NCBI RefSeq assembly: GCF_018350175.1
Contig: NC_058381.1
Location: 26,226,001 to 26,290,000 of the forward strand
Length of the DNA stretch: 64,000 bases
DNA from: Felis catus
Lineage: Eukaryota
Direction of reading: 5' to 3'
The position numbers and the translations under genes are program-made. Positions 1 to 12,586 of this stretch are shown here, piece by piece. A model generated the notes under the pieces. The model was not told where the DNA came from and searched no databases. It was given only the letters and a program-made list of their open reading frames with translations. The number at the start of each line of letters is the position of its first letter. Position 1 is the stretch's first letter.

Positions 1-1355
1 ATGATGATTTATAAAGTGGAAACATCTTTAAAATGTGCTGGTGTCTGTGGGAGAGAGTCTCAAGGAGAAGGGGAAAGGAGGGAGATGCAGACCGGGCAAG
101 ATGAGAGATTCGTTGGGGCCAGCGGGGCCAGGAGTCTCAGGTGGGGCGCGAATGGCAAGGCCAGTGGTTATCAGTGTAGGGGGATTGCTACAGACAGAGA
201 AGCTGGAAAGTTCAGGTGTAGGAACTGCCCTCTCCCCACTTACTCACATCTGATTCTAGTCCCTGGGGGACAGGGTAGGTGTAAAAATGTCTGTGGGCCC
301 ATAATTGGGTTTTCGAAGAAATAAGATGGCGAAGCCTCAAGAGCCAAGGATGGGTAGTCAGACCACAGTGGCTTCCAGTTCCACTCAGCTGCTTCCATCT
401 GTGCAACCCTCAGGCAAGGTGCTTCAGGGTATCTGCCCTCTCCGCATCCCCCTCTGCAAAATAATACATACAGTTGTATGTAAAGCACTTAGCCTAGCTC
501 CTGGCACATATGAGCATGCCATACATATGAGCCAAAATTAATTGTAATTAGAGAAATGTCTGACACCCACTCAGCAGTTTTCTTCTTCTTAGAGAACTCT
601 GCTGAACTGCTTAGAGAACGGTGAGCTGTTGAAAAGAAGCAAAAAGCTGGTAGTTTTTGCAGTGTGTAGTGAAGGGGTGCTGTGGTCCTTCTTGTCTGCT
701 CACTGGCAGACCTTGCGAGGTTTCCTTTGTTTTGCTGGGGGTAAGTTCTGGGCACTTGGTCAGGCTCCCTGGTAGGTGGTAAGGCCACCTGGAGCCTCTA
801 TCAGGGGAAGGAGCATGGGGATGTCAGGGCCTGAATTTGCTGCATTTGGGGGCTGGGGAAGGAGGATGCATTAGGGAAACCTGGTAGAGGGTGCCACTTG
901 GAATAGTCCTGAAGACAGTGGCCCTCAAGCCTTGCCTCTTCCTAGCTGAGTGCCCTTGGGCAGGTTTCTACAATTCCCGTGGCTCAATGGTGCTGGGGTA
1001 AACAGAGCTGGTGACTGTAGACTTACCTGCCATTCTTCTTTTCTTAGTTACTGTGAGACTCAAATGGGGGTCACGTGAGCTGCGTATGGTAAATTGCTGA
1101 CTGGATTATAGGTATGAAGAGAGGGAATTTATTTATTGGAACTGCTGGGGTGGAGGGATGGAAAGAAGAAAGAGAAAGATCCAGAATTTCCCTTTTTAGG
1201 CAGCAGAAATATTCTTGTCTTTCAAAAATAAATAGTCTGCATGTTCTTCGGGTTTGCCTGGCCTCTGCCGTTTTAAACAAAAGACATTTGTGATTCTCCT
1301 CAGTGGGGTTTCCTGCATCAGTATGGGTCCTCCTCCCTCCCTCCCTCCCTCCCCC

Positions 1356-1356
<1 letters not shown>

Positions 1357-1396
<40 letters not shown>
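1357..1396. repeat. (AC)20 microsatellite preceded by (CCCT)n
   Basis: Direct read. Confidence 0.97.
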
Positions 1397-1398
<2 letters not shown>

Positions 1399-3859
1399 CC
1401 AGAGGTGACCAGCTTCAGGCGGATGTCTGTGCCTGATCCTAGTGGAGACTTAGAGATGCGCCTCAGGGAATGATGACAATAATTTTTAAATGGCTGTGAT
1501 GAGGTTGACCACTTATGGTTTCATCACGGTCTTGGCCTTTCATTTCTCTGGCAGAAAGTTATTCTTGCACCAGGCCTAGTCCTTAAGAAAGTCACTAGCC
1601 TCGTCGCCCCTCCCCATGGTTCTCACAGACCCTCTTTCCTCCTGCGTTGCTGCTCACTAACTTTGGAGACCACATTCTCAGTTCTGATCCCAGTGGCCCC
1701 CTCCCCCTTCACCGCCTCCCTTCCACAGGAGGCAGCTTGCTTTGCTTGGGTTTGCTTTGTGGTTCTTCAACATCCTGTGGAGTCCCAGTTCTCTTCTTTG
1801 TGTCTCTACCGGCACCCTTCCTGGAACACCTGCATTTCTCAGCAGACGGCCTGAACCCTTGTCCTGAACCTGGAATCGCAGATTCCTAGACTGCTGGCAA
1901 ACTGAGGGAACATAAGCCTGACCCCAGAGAAGGGAAGGCACTTGGCTCTTATAGATAGAAGCAAAATTAAGCAGCTGCCAGGTCCACACAAGCCAAGCAG
2001 ATGATACTCTACCCCCAGAAAAAAAACCCAACTTTGAGAAATTCCCCTTAGATACAGGGCCCTCCAATATGGGGTTGTTGCTCTGCCCTAGAGACCCCCC
2101 TGGTTGGTTAGAGGCATGATACTTGCTATCTGGCTGAGGGAGAGGCAGGTCCCAAACAAGGGGAACAATGTTTCTCAAGCTAGTTTGAGTCTTTGAGTCA
2201 CAAGCCTCTTGCCTATAAGCTCTTGAAGGTCTGAAGGTCTGAAGGCCAAAGTAGAGGATAGTCCCCTTCATTGGATAGTGACTTCGGATTCTCAAACCAT
2301 TTGATCTGGGGATTAAAATGCCAATCACATTGGGAGACATCAATTTCTGAATGCTCAGTAACCCCTGATGTCAGGTGTAAAACGAGGCCAGAATCCTCCC
2401 AGCCAGTTTCTGTCCCTTTCAGGGGCCTCTGCACCCAGAAGGCTGTTTACTGCAGAGACCAGACCCCTCCTCTGTCTACCTCCTTCACATCCCTGCCAAG
2501 CTTGAAAGATGTGAGAAACTGCATTTTCTCCCAAACATAGATAAAAGTGAGCTCCACAAAAATTTAAATATAAACCTCCCAAAAATGAAAATTTCCTAAC
2601 CGTTTGACTGCTCNNNNNNNNNNNNNNNNNNNNNNNNNNNNNNNNNNNNNNNNNNNNNNNNNNNNNNNNNNNNNNNNNNNNNNNNNNNNNNNNNNNNNNN
2701 NNNNNNNNNNNNNNNNNNNNNNNNNNNNNNNNNNNNNNNNNNNNNNNNNNNNNNNNNNNNNNNNNNNNNNNNNNNNNNNNNNNNNNNNNNNNNNNNNNNN
2801 NNNNNNNNNNNNNNNNNNNNNNNNNNNNNNNNNNNNNNNNNNNNNNNNNNNNNNNNNNNNNNNNNGACAAGTAAGGGTTGAAGACACTGGGAAAGTGGGT
2901 TGGGGAGAGAGTCCTTTGATCTCTTTCTAAAGTATTTTCTGAAAGCAAAAGTCTATCAGAAGGAAGTGTCTTTTAAAAAATCTGAGAAGCAACTGATCTT
3001 CCAAAACAGCATCCATTCCATATACCCTCACTCTTGCCACCCCCCCTCCCCCGACCTCAGGGAAAATATTTCTTAAAAATGCTTTGAGTGAATTAGAAAA
3101 TTGTGTGCGTGTTAGAGAGAGAGAGAAAATTGGGACTAAATTACAAAGCTTTGCCATTGCTCTCAGAAATCATTTGGCTCTAGAAGGTTTAGTCTCCCTA
3201 CAGGCAGCACCAGCAACGCAGCCCCCACCCCTCCAGCAAACTCAGCCTTGGTGGACGGGCCTTAGCCTCTTCCCAACATACCCAGAAATCCCTCTCAAGA
3301 GTCCCAGACACTAGGGATAGAAAGAATGGTGGGGTTTTCTGGGGACCCCTGTCCTTTGCCTGCAGCCGGTTTCTTTCCGACTCTGGGATCCACGGCTGGT
3401 GTATGTATATACATGTGTGTATAGACACACACATATGATATATACATGTATAATTTTCAGTGTCAATTTTATTGAAGTGGAACTTGCCTGCATAAGTGAG
3501 CAAATCTTAATTGTACATCTCTATACACTTCCACAAAATGAATACACTAGTACAAATCACCACCTAGATAAAGAAACACAGCAGAATCCTCTTGTGTGCC
3601 CTCCCATTCCCCACCATTCCTCTCCCCCCTCGAAGCCCCTCTCCAGACTTCTCACCCCTTCTATTTGGTTTTGTGTCTAGTTTAAGGGAAGGCACATCTA
3701 GCTGCTCCTGGGGTTTCCAGGCCCTCACAGAAAGTCAGGCTGCAACCGGGTTGGGGACTTGGGGGTCCGGCCAAGTGGAGAGAATCTGGCTGGTTTCCTA
3801 CGTCCTGCTGACTCCCTGCACCCCCATTCGGGATTGGTGGGAGACTAGTAGGTCGGGCC

Positions 3860-4450
3860 AGGAATTTGGCGATCGCTTTGGCCGGAGAGCCGGGAGCCCC
3901 CGCCGCTCTCTGAGACCAGCTGAACTTGCGAGTCTCCACTCAGCAACCAGCGAGCACTTGAGGGGTTGTTGCCAAAATCACAAGGTCCCGAATCCTTGCC
4001 CCGTGCCCCGCAGGCCTCCCACACGAAGAAACGTCCAAGGAAGCTTATCTTAGCAGTTCATTCTAAAACCATTTCCGAGTATGAAGTAGATAAAGGCTCC
4101 AGCCCGCATCCTTTCAGAGCCTGTTTCGTGATCAGAGGAGAAACCCCCGGCTTTCATCTCCTCCCGGGCCGGCGGGGCGGGCGGCTTGTTTATTCCCCGG
4201 CGGAGCCGTTTCCGCGTGTGCCAGGAGCGCCCCTCTGTCTGGGGGTCCAGGAGCCCCGAGGGGGCGTCAGGCGCGCGGACCGGAGGCTCGCGGGGCGCAG
4301 GGAGAGGGTGGGGCGAAGGCTCGACCGCGCGGGGCTTGGGGGCCGCGAGGTGTCCGGGGCGGGCGAGCCAGGGATTCCGGCCAGGCCAGCGCTGGCGGCG
4401 GGGCAGAGTGGGACACTGGCGGCTCAGAGTCCTTCCCTCCTTTCCTGCCC
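3860..4450. promoter_or_regulatory. Intragenic CpG island in TBX4 intron 3
   Basis: Very GC-rich with dense CpG (ggcgcgcggaccgg, ccgcgcgggg) against a CpG-depleted background. Confidence 0.8.
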
Positions 4451-6684
4451 GCTCCCCCAGGTGTTCATTTCCCCCACTGATGTTGGTTTTCAGGTACATT
4501 TTACGTCCTAAGCCAAAGAAACAACTTGATCTCACCCCATCCTTTTCATCTGTTTCAGTAGAGAGGGTCTTTATAGTGTAGAGTCAGCAGAGAGGATGGC
4601 ACAGCTCCCAGACCTAGCCTGGCCTCTGTGGCAGGAGTCATGCCCACCTGGTGAATGGTCCCATGCTGCGCCTGGGGCTTCAACTTTAGGGCAAGGGCAG
4701 ATGCCTTCAGCTGTGGCAGGAGGCTTCTGGGGTGGGTGGAACATACACTTCCCCTTGGCACTCAGCCTTTTCCCCACAGGGTGTGCCCTTCATCCCACTG
4801 GAGCCCCCTAGGTGGGGCAGTGAGAGTGCCTAGCGTCCCCAGGGCCCGTGTTCTCAGAAGCAGTCACCAAACTGGACCCTGACAGAGAAGCCGATACAGG
4901 TTCTCATGAAAGCAGTGGAGTTCACTGAGCCTGAGTAGTTCAGCCTGGAGCAGCGTCCCCTTTCAGACCAGATATCCCATCCCCCGCCCCTGCTTCTAAG
5001 GGCAGCTGCCCTAGGAAGGGGGGGATTGGTAGGCAGGGGGGACAGAAGCTAGGAGATACCTTCCTTCCCTGCCCCAACTCTTGGCAAAACCTCCCTGAGG
5101 GTGTTTTCGGTCAGGAATCCAGTCTTTAGTCAGCTTCTGGGTGAAGCCAAATCCTAGGACACCAGCTCCGTGCCTTGGGGAGCTGAGCACAGGCTACTTA
5201 CAGGCCTTCTAAAAAGCATTTAGTGGATCTTAGCCTGGCTTCCTGAGCTGCTGAGATGAAGTGTAGTAAGGAGTAGGAGAAGGGGAAGGACAGGGTCTTC
5301 ATCCCCCTCTCAGCCTAGGTTATGAAGACTGTCAAAGTGGCAGCGGGACATTTTTTCCTGGACCCCTTTGTGGATACTGGCCTGGGGGGAAGCCATGTCT
5401 GCCTTCTGCTGTTGCCACCTGGAGTGATTACAGGAGAAACAGACTAAGCTCAGGGCACTGGTGCCAGGTCAGCCCCAAGGGCAACCAGGGCTGCCCCATT
5501 TTGTGGCAGTTCCTGTAGCAGTTACAAAATGGTGACCTGGAGGGGACAGGATTCTTGGCCTTTCCCCGGGGAGCAGGGGAAGTGAGGCAGCTGATGCCTT
5601 CCCTGCTTCAGCTTTAGGCCTATCAGGGGACAGGCTGGGCCAGGAAAGAAGGTGGTGCAGGCTCCAGCTGTGCCCCCAGGCTGGGCAGGGGCTGGTAAGC
5701 AGCAGGCAGGATTGTGTTCCNNNNNNNNNNNNNNNNNNNNNNNNNNNNNNNNNNNNNNNNNNNNNNNNNNNNNNNNNNNNNNNNNNNNNNNNNNNNNNNN
5801 NNNNNNNNNNNNNNNNNNNNNNNNNNNNNNNNNNNNNNNNNNNNNNNNNNNNNNNNNNNNNNNNNNNNNNNNNNNNNNNNNNNNCACTCCACCGTGTACT
5901 CAAGTACGTGCCCTTGAGCGTACACATGGCCACATACCTCCCACATCCCTGGCCCATTGCAGTGCTCTCCCGGGCCTTGCCTCCTGCAAGAGAGAGGGTG
6001 AACAGGCTGGGGCTGGGCCAGGGGTGGAACTGAACCTTCCACCTCAGGGTCCTGGCCTGGGCTTGCTGTAGGTTCTGCCTGCTTGTAAAGGCCTTGATCC
6101 CTTCTGGAAACCCTGGTAAACTGGTACCCATGTTGACAAAACGGGGGTCTGAGGTGTCTAGGACAGCTTCTCTTGAGGTTCCCCTTATGGTCTCTTAGTG
6201 AGGCTTTCCTTCAATGGACTGGTTGGGAACTTTCCCAACTCAGGGGATTTGGTTCCTGATGTTCTTAGTGTCTTCAGTTAGGTTTGGATCCTGCCTCTCT
6301 CTTGGGGAAACATCTTTGTGGGAGATCAGCTAGGAGGGGGTGGGGGTGTCTGAGGAGGATTGTGGTAAAGTTCTGTCTGCTCCCTCTGGAGAAGTCCAGT
6401 GTCAGGGACTTGATGACTAAGGGGCAGAACTCTGCCCCTGCAGGTATGTGTATATGCTATTGTACCTGTGTGTGTGTTGAGGGGTCTGGGGAAGCCTGTC
6501 TCTAGAATATTCACTGAGCCTCAGGGTCCTGGATAGTCTTAGCATGAGCTGTAGAAACTGGAAAACTTCCTGGTTTTTTGGTGAGTCCTTTTTCACAGAG
6601 GTAAGTCATCCACTGGTTTGAGGAGGGAGGAATGCAGTGGGCGTCAGTGGTAATAGTCACAAATGGACTCAGTTAATCCACAGA

Positions 6685-6840
6685 CCAACCTATGAGATAG
6701 GTAGTAATATCCCCATTTTAGAGATAAGGAAACCAAGGCACAGAGAATGAGATCCAAGCAAGTTGCCTAATGCCTCAAAACTTGTCAGGCGTGGGCCAGG
6801 CTGGTGGACCATGGCAGAGTGGTTCTAGAATCCATGCTTT
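6685..6840 (-). mobile_element. MIR
   Basis: cctatgagataggtagtaatatccccattttagagataaggaaaccaaggcacagag = MIR core, reverse complement. Confidence 0.75.
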
Positions 6841-7361
6841 TCTCCATGAGGCTCCTGAACTGACTTCACCTGGTACCCAGTTAGTATACACAAGCCCAGG
6901 CAAGGTCTTCACATGGCTAAACACCTCTGCTAAACACACCAAAAGAATCCAAAGACCTAGCAACACTTTCTTGTTTTTCTGTGAGTTGGTTCCAGGCCTG
7001 AGGGTTTCCACAGAGACAAGGCCCAGAGGAGATACCCCATTGATTACAGAAGCAACCGACAGGGCTTTGAAGTCTTTTGCTCTGACCCCCTGTAATGGCA
7101 GCCCAGAACTTTAGCTGTGTAGGGACTGGCAAAGGGCAGGAGGGAAATTAAGCAGCCAGGTTGGTGTTGACATCCTCTCTCATGATCCTGGAACTTTCTA
7201 TGCTTTAGCTGCTTACAACCAGTTGCCCTAAATATTAGGGGATTGTTGGGGAGAGGGAATTGCATTGGGGAAGCCATGTAAACCCTCTTTCTAGGCATGC
7301 AGACCAGATGAAGCTACCTGGACCCAGAGAGAACGGCTAGTGCAAACTTTCCCTTGTGTAA

Positions 7362-7616
<255 letters not shown>

Positions 7617-8870
7617 TAAGAACCTGGGACCCTCACATCACCTGCCTTCTCTGAACTGCTCTGTCCACTCACCACACCCATCTGCACCTGATGTTTGGTC
7701 CAGGGACTCAACAGTTAGTTCATATGATTGCCCAGATCCACAGTCTTGGGAGCTGAGCCTGCAGAGGCTGCAGGGTCGGCCAATGTCTGCACACCCACTA
7801 CAGCTGAAAGTGAGCTGCAGGGTTTGAGTGTTTAGTGGATTTCGAGGCTGTTCTCTCCCTACAGCCATGGGCAAACAAGATTGGTGACTACGCTGTGGGA
7901 TGACAGATGAACACGAACACTGGATGAATTTAGGCTCTGGTAGTGCTGCACTGGGGAGGAGGATGGGAGCTGTTTGCTTGAGGGACTTTGATATTGGATG
8001 GTTAGACATCCAATGACATCTCTCTGCTGCTCTTCCACTTAGTTCCTCATTGTCTGGCTATGAGCCCTCCCTTTAAGCTGTCGATTCAGAGTGAGTGGCA
8101 GCTGCCTGATGGTTGGATGATGGGACCCTCTGGCAAGAGGCTGGGGGGAACAAGTGGGCTGTAAGGCAAAACAGGGGCTGGGTAAGTAAACACTAGGCTA
8201 CTTTTCCTAAGGTCACCTTCTTAGTACCCTGTCTACCCCCAGAGCCCAGAACAGCACTCAAGGAGAAAGAGGGATTGACTGAATTAGTAGCTAGCCAGGA
8301 TGTGGGCTTCACAGTAGGCTGGTAGTGGGGCCAGCAGAGACCTGGCTGAGGAGGCTGGATTTGGTGACCAGGTCTTGCCAAGGGCCATGTTTCTATTTCT
8401 TCTCTCTTTGGGTTGGATTATCATTCAGAGCAGGCTCTGGCTGAGGGGAGGTTTACCAATTAATTTCCTTGGGGGTGAGTACTCTTTTGGGGACAAGCAG
8501 TTTGAAAGTTGTCTAGGTCTTCTGAGAAGCTCCCTCCAAATAATATAATTTATAACATTTTAAAGTTGTAACTGTAATACATACACAGAGGTGCCTAAAT
8601 CGCCCCACAATATATTTGTGATTAGCCCCATTCTTTGAAGTAAATAATCACATTTGTCTGTACCCTCCCTTTCTTTTTCTACTGCAGTAAAATAAAAGAG
8701 GTTCATAATTGCTCCTCCTCCTCAGCACTCTCTCCTTTGACCCACACTCCTACTCACAAAGTCCGAAATTGAGAGTATAAGACTAGCAGTGATTTCTTTC
8801 CCCCTCAAGTCTGTGGGGATTTGCTCTAACAGGGGACAGGGAATCTGGGCTTTTCCAGACCCCAGAGTAA

Positions 8871-9370
<500 letters not shown>

Positions 9371-12300
9371 TGACAAGGACAGTGATGCTGGATCAAATCT
9401 TTCAGCTTCAGGTTCCCCAAATTTGGCCTTGCTGGAGCATAAGGCAAGTTAACTTTCTTGGGAAAGAGTCACTATGAGTTCCAAAGCCTCTCTCTGGAGT
9501 ATGCCGTCTGCCTGGCCTGGCAGCCCCTGCCCTCTGGAAGGGAAGGCCTCACTCTGGCTCGGATGGCAGCTCCTTCCTGGCCTTGCCTCGGACCTGGTTC
9601 TTGCCAGAGAGACTCTGAAGCCCCAGGGATGCTGCTGCTGACGCCCCATCCGGGCTGCTGAGGCTCATTCTTTCCCCATCTGATTCTGGCAGGCCCACAA
9701 AAAGCGTTTTATGTGGAAATTTTTAGCTCAAGTGTGTGGTAAACTGAAGCCTGAGGACCTGGTATTATCTGCCAGGGCACAGGCCCTGCCCTTATCCATT
9801 CCCCATCGGTACCCTGGAAGTACAGGATGGGGTGGGGTGGAGCATGGGTGCGGTAGAGGCTGCTAGATGCAGTTGCCCAGGCCATACATGTAACATTCAG
9901 AGTGTGGATGGTGGTAGGGGAAGCAAGGGTGAGGGGTGTGCAGGAATGTGCCTTTTTTTTAATATCTAAATTCTATTTCTGGGGAGTTGTATGCAAATCA
10001 GAATTCTGTGAATCATAGTTCCTCATGGAAAATGCCAGCAATGGGTCATTTCTGATTGATTGGTATATAACTGACAGGCAGCTCTTAGTTCTAATTTTCT
10101 CAGAGTCTGTTTAGTTTTTTTCTCAGTTGGTGATCTATAAACAAGCAAGTAGGAGAATACTTAATTAATGTAATTAACCCCTGAGTTTTCCATCTTGCGA
10201 GCAGCACAGGCTTTCCCATGCAAGGCAGGCTGATGCTGTGGGCGAGGGGTGGCAGAAATGTGCAGCCCCAACCTCTCATGGGGGCAGAGATAAGCCACTG
10301 ATCTAATGGGAAGGGTTGGCCAAGCACCCACTGCCCTTTTAATCGAGGGGCAGAAGGGCCTTCTGGGTCTTACTGGGCACTATCCTGGCCAAGACTTTGC
10401 TCCCAGTTGACCCCTACCTGGCCTCCTCTGCTTGCCCAGGCCATGACACTAACCTGGAAAGGTTAGTGAAAGCCTCTGTGCTGGGAGTTGGGGAGCTTTA
10501 GCTGGCGGGCAGGTCTCTGCCCCCAAATGTGCATGTGGACCCCATGGGACAGACCACTGGGGGGAGCACAGAGCTTGGCAAGAGCTAGATGTTTCGGTGA
10601 GTGGCCAAAAGTACCCAGGCATCAAAGTTCTGGTGAGAATTTCAGATGCACAGCTTGCTATCATGGTTCCCAACTGCAGGGGTGCCTCAGATGACTCTTC
10701 TACCTTTACCCCCACCCCTGCCACCCCAGCAGAAAGTGGCAGGGGTGGGACTCAAGTGGTTGAAAATCTGGGCTTTTTAAAGTGGGAGAGAGGCTTTCAT
10801 AGCCCAGCAGTAGATTTTCCCAGCCTGGCTTGCCTCCTTGGTGGCTCTACTGGAGTCCATGAAGGGTTTGCAATAATCCTGCATATGGTCTTGAGTCTGA
10901 GCAAGTTGGGCTGCTTGATGAGCTAGTGACATGGGGGTTGCCCCTGGCTACACTTGCCGTGCCTGCCAAGAACTCATGTCTCCTTGGCAATAGGGATACT
11001 CCTGACACAAATGCAGCTTTCTCCAGAGGATTGGGATGCAGAGCATCTTCCTTCTCCCCATTCCCGCACCTACCCAGCACAGGCAGCTTATTGGTCATAG
11101 CACCCTGCATACAGTGGCAGGACTCAGGGATGATGTGATTGTTTCAGGGGCTGGGAGTAAAGGAGCCGTGCTTGAACCCACACCTTCTCTTCCCAGTCCA
11201 GCATTTCTTTTGGCTTGTCCACCTGTCTTTCTGCACCCAAGGCTTGAGCTGGCATATCTTCAGCTATTTGGAGCATCACTGGAGAGGGAACAGCTTCTGA
11301 TCGTGCAGGCGAGGGCTGTGGAGATGAGCTAAATATTCCTAGATAAGCCACGTGGACCATGGCTTTCTGCTCATTGGCCTGCACCAGTGGGAGTGCTGAG
11401 CCCTTCATCACCCTGTTTGGCTTCTCAGTGCAGGCACCTGGGAAAGAGCCATCTCATATACTATGAATTTGCCCCAAACAAGCCCTTCATTTTGTGCTGC
11501 TCTCCTCCAGTTTCAGTTTTCCCTAAAATCTCCTAGGTGTTGAGGACCTTTCTCAGCCAAATGAGCTTTGGACTTTTCCCTCAGGTCTCATAGTATCTCA
11601 GGGATTTTAACTGAGATTTTGCAGCCTAGGTTCCCGGGGAGAGCTTGGGCTTGGCAGCCTGTCCTACATACAGGGAACAGGGACCCCTCAGACCACATGG
11701 CCACATGTTTTGGCACAGGGTTCTGACTAGAAAACTCTTTGTGGGCTTTTGCTGTAGTCAAGGAAGGCCTCTGTTCCTTCCTGGGGCAGGTTCAGGGATG
11801 ATGACCGGTTTCTGGGAGTAAGCGCAAGCAGGGACAGAAAGGATCCTGGGGACTGGGGGCTAGGACTGAGCTGCTGCCTTAGGGCCCGATTCAGTTCCAC
11901 TTCTGTTCTGCTGGCTGTAGAGACTGCCTGTCCCTTGCTGCCTACCTGCCATCCCCTTCCATCCACAGCAGGGTCCTGGGCCAGGTAACCATGAAATGGA
12001 AAGAGAAGCTGCTTCAGAAAGTTGAGGCAGGCTTCACTGAGACAGGGCCTGCATCCTGCAGCAGCACATGGAGATGGCTGGGACTTACTTTTCTCCTGAT
12101 CTGGAGGCANNNNNNNNNNNNNNNNNNNNNNNNNNNNNNNNNNNNNNNNNNNNNNNNNNNNNNNNNNNNNNNNNNNNNNNNNNNNNNNNNNNNNNNNNNN
12201 NNNNNNNNNNNNNNNNNNNNNNNNNNNNNNNNNNNNNNNNNNNNNNNTTATGTCCCAGGACTCCCAGATTGCTGAGGAGGAAGACCAGCAAATGATTTCT

Positions 12301-12586
12301 GACACAGAAAGTCTAATGGTTCCAGAGGCCGAGTTAGCTCCAGGCTGGGGTGTGGGCTGCAGCTTCTTGGTCACAAAGTGGCACATGCACTTGTCCCCTC
12401 TGTATGCTACTTTCTCCTCTGGCCACATGGCTCTTCACCTAGTTAGTTACTCCTGAGCCTTGGGATCCAAGCTCAAATGCCACCTCTTCAGAGAGATGGT
12501 TCAGGGTCCCCACTCTGGCTCTCAGAGTGCCACGCACCTTTCTGTCCTAGTACTTACCACACTAAGAGTTTTATACTTATTTATCA

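Noticed and set aside
1678-2343. 221-aa minus-strand ORF in intron 3
   Set aside because: No recognisable homology or splice context; non-ATG-type start in a mammalian intron; consistent with a chance ORF
3592-4581. Overlapping 130-180 aa ORFs on both strands in the CpG island
   Set aside because: Stop-codon depletion expected in GC-rich DNA; low-complexity Arg/Gly/Pro content and no recognisable domain
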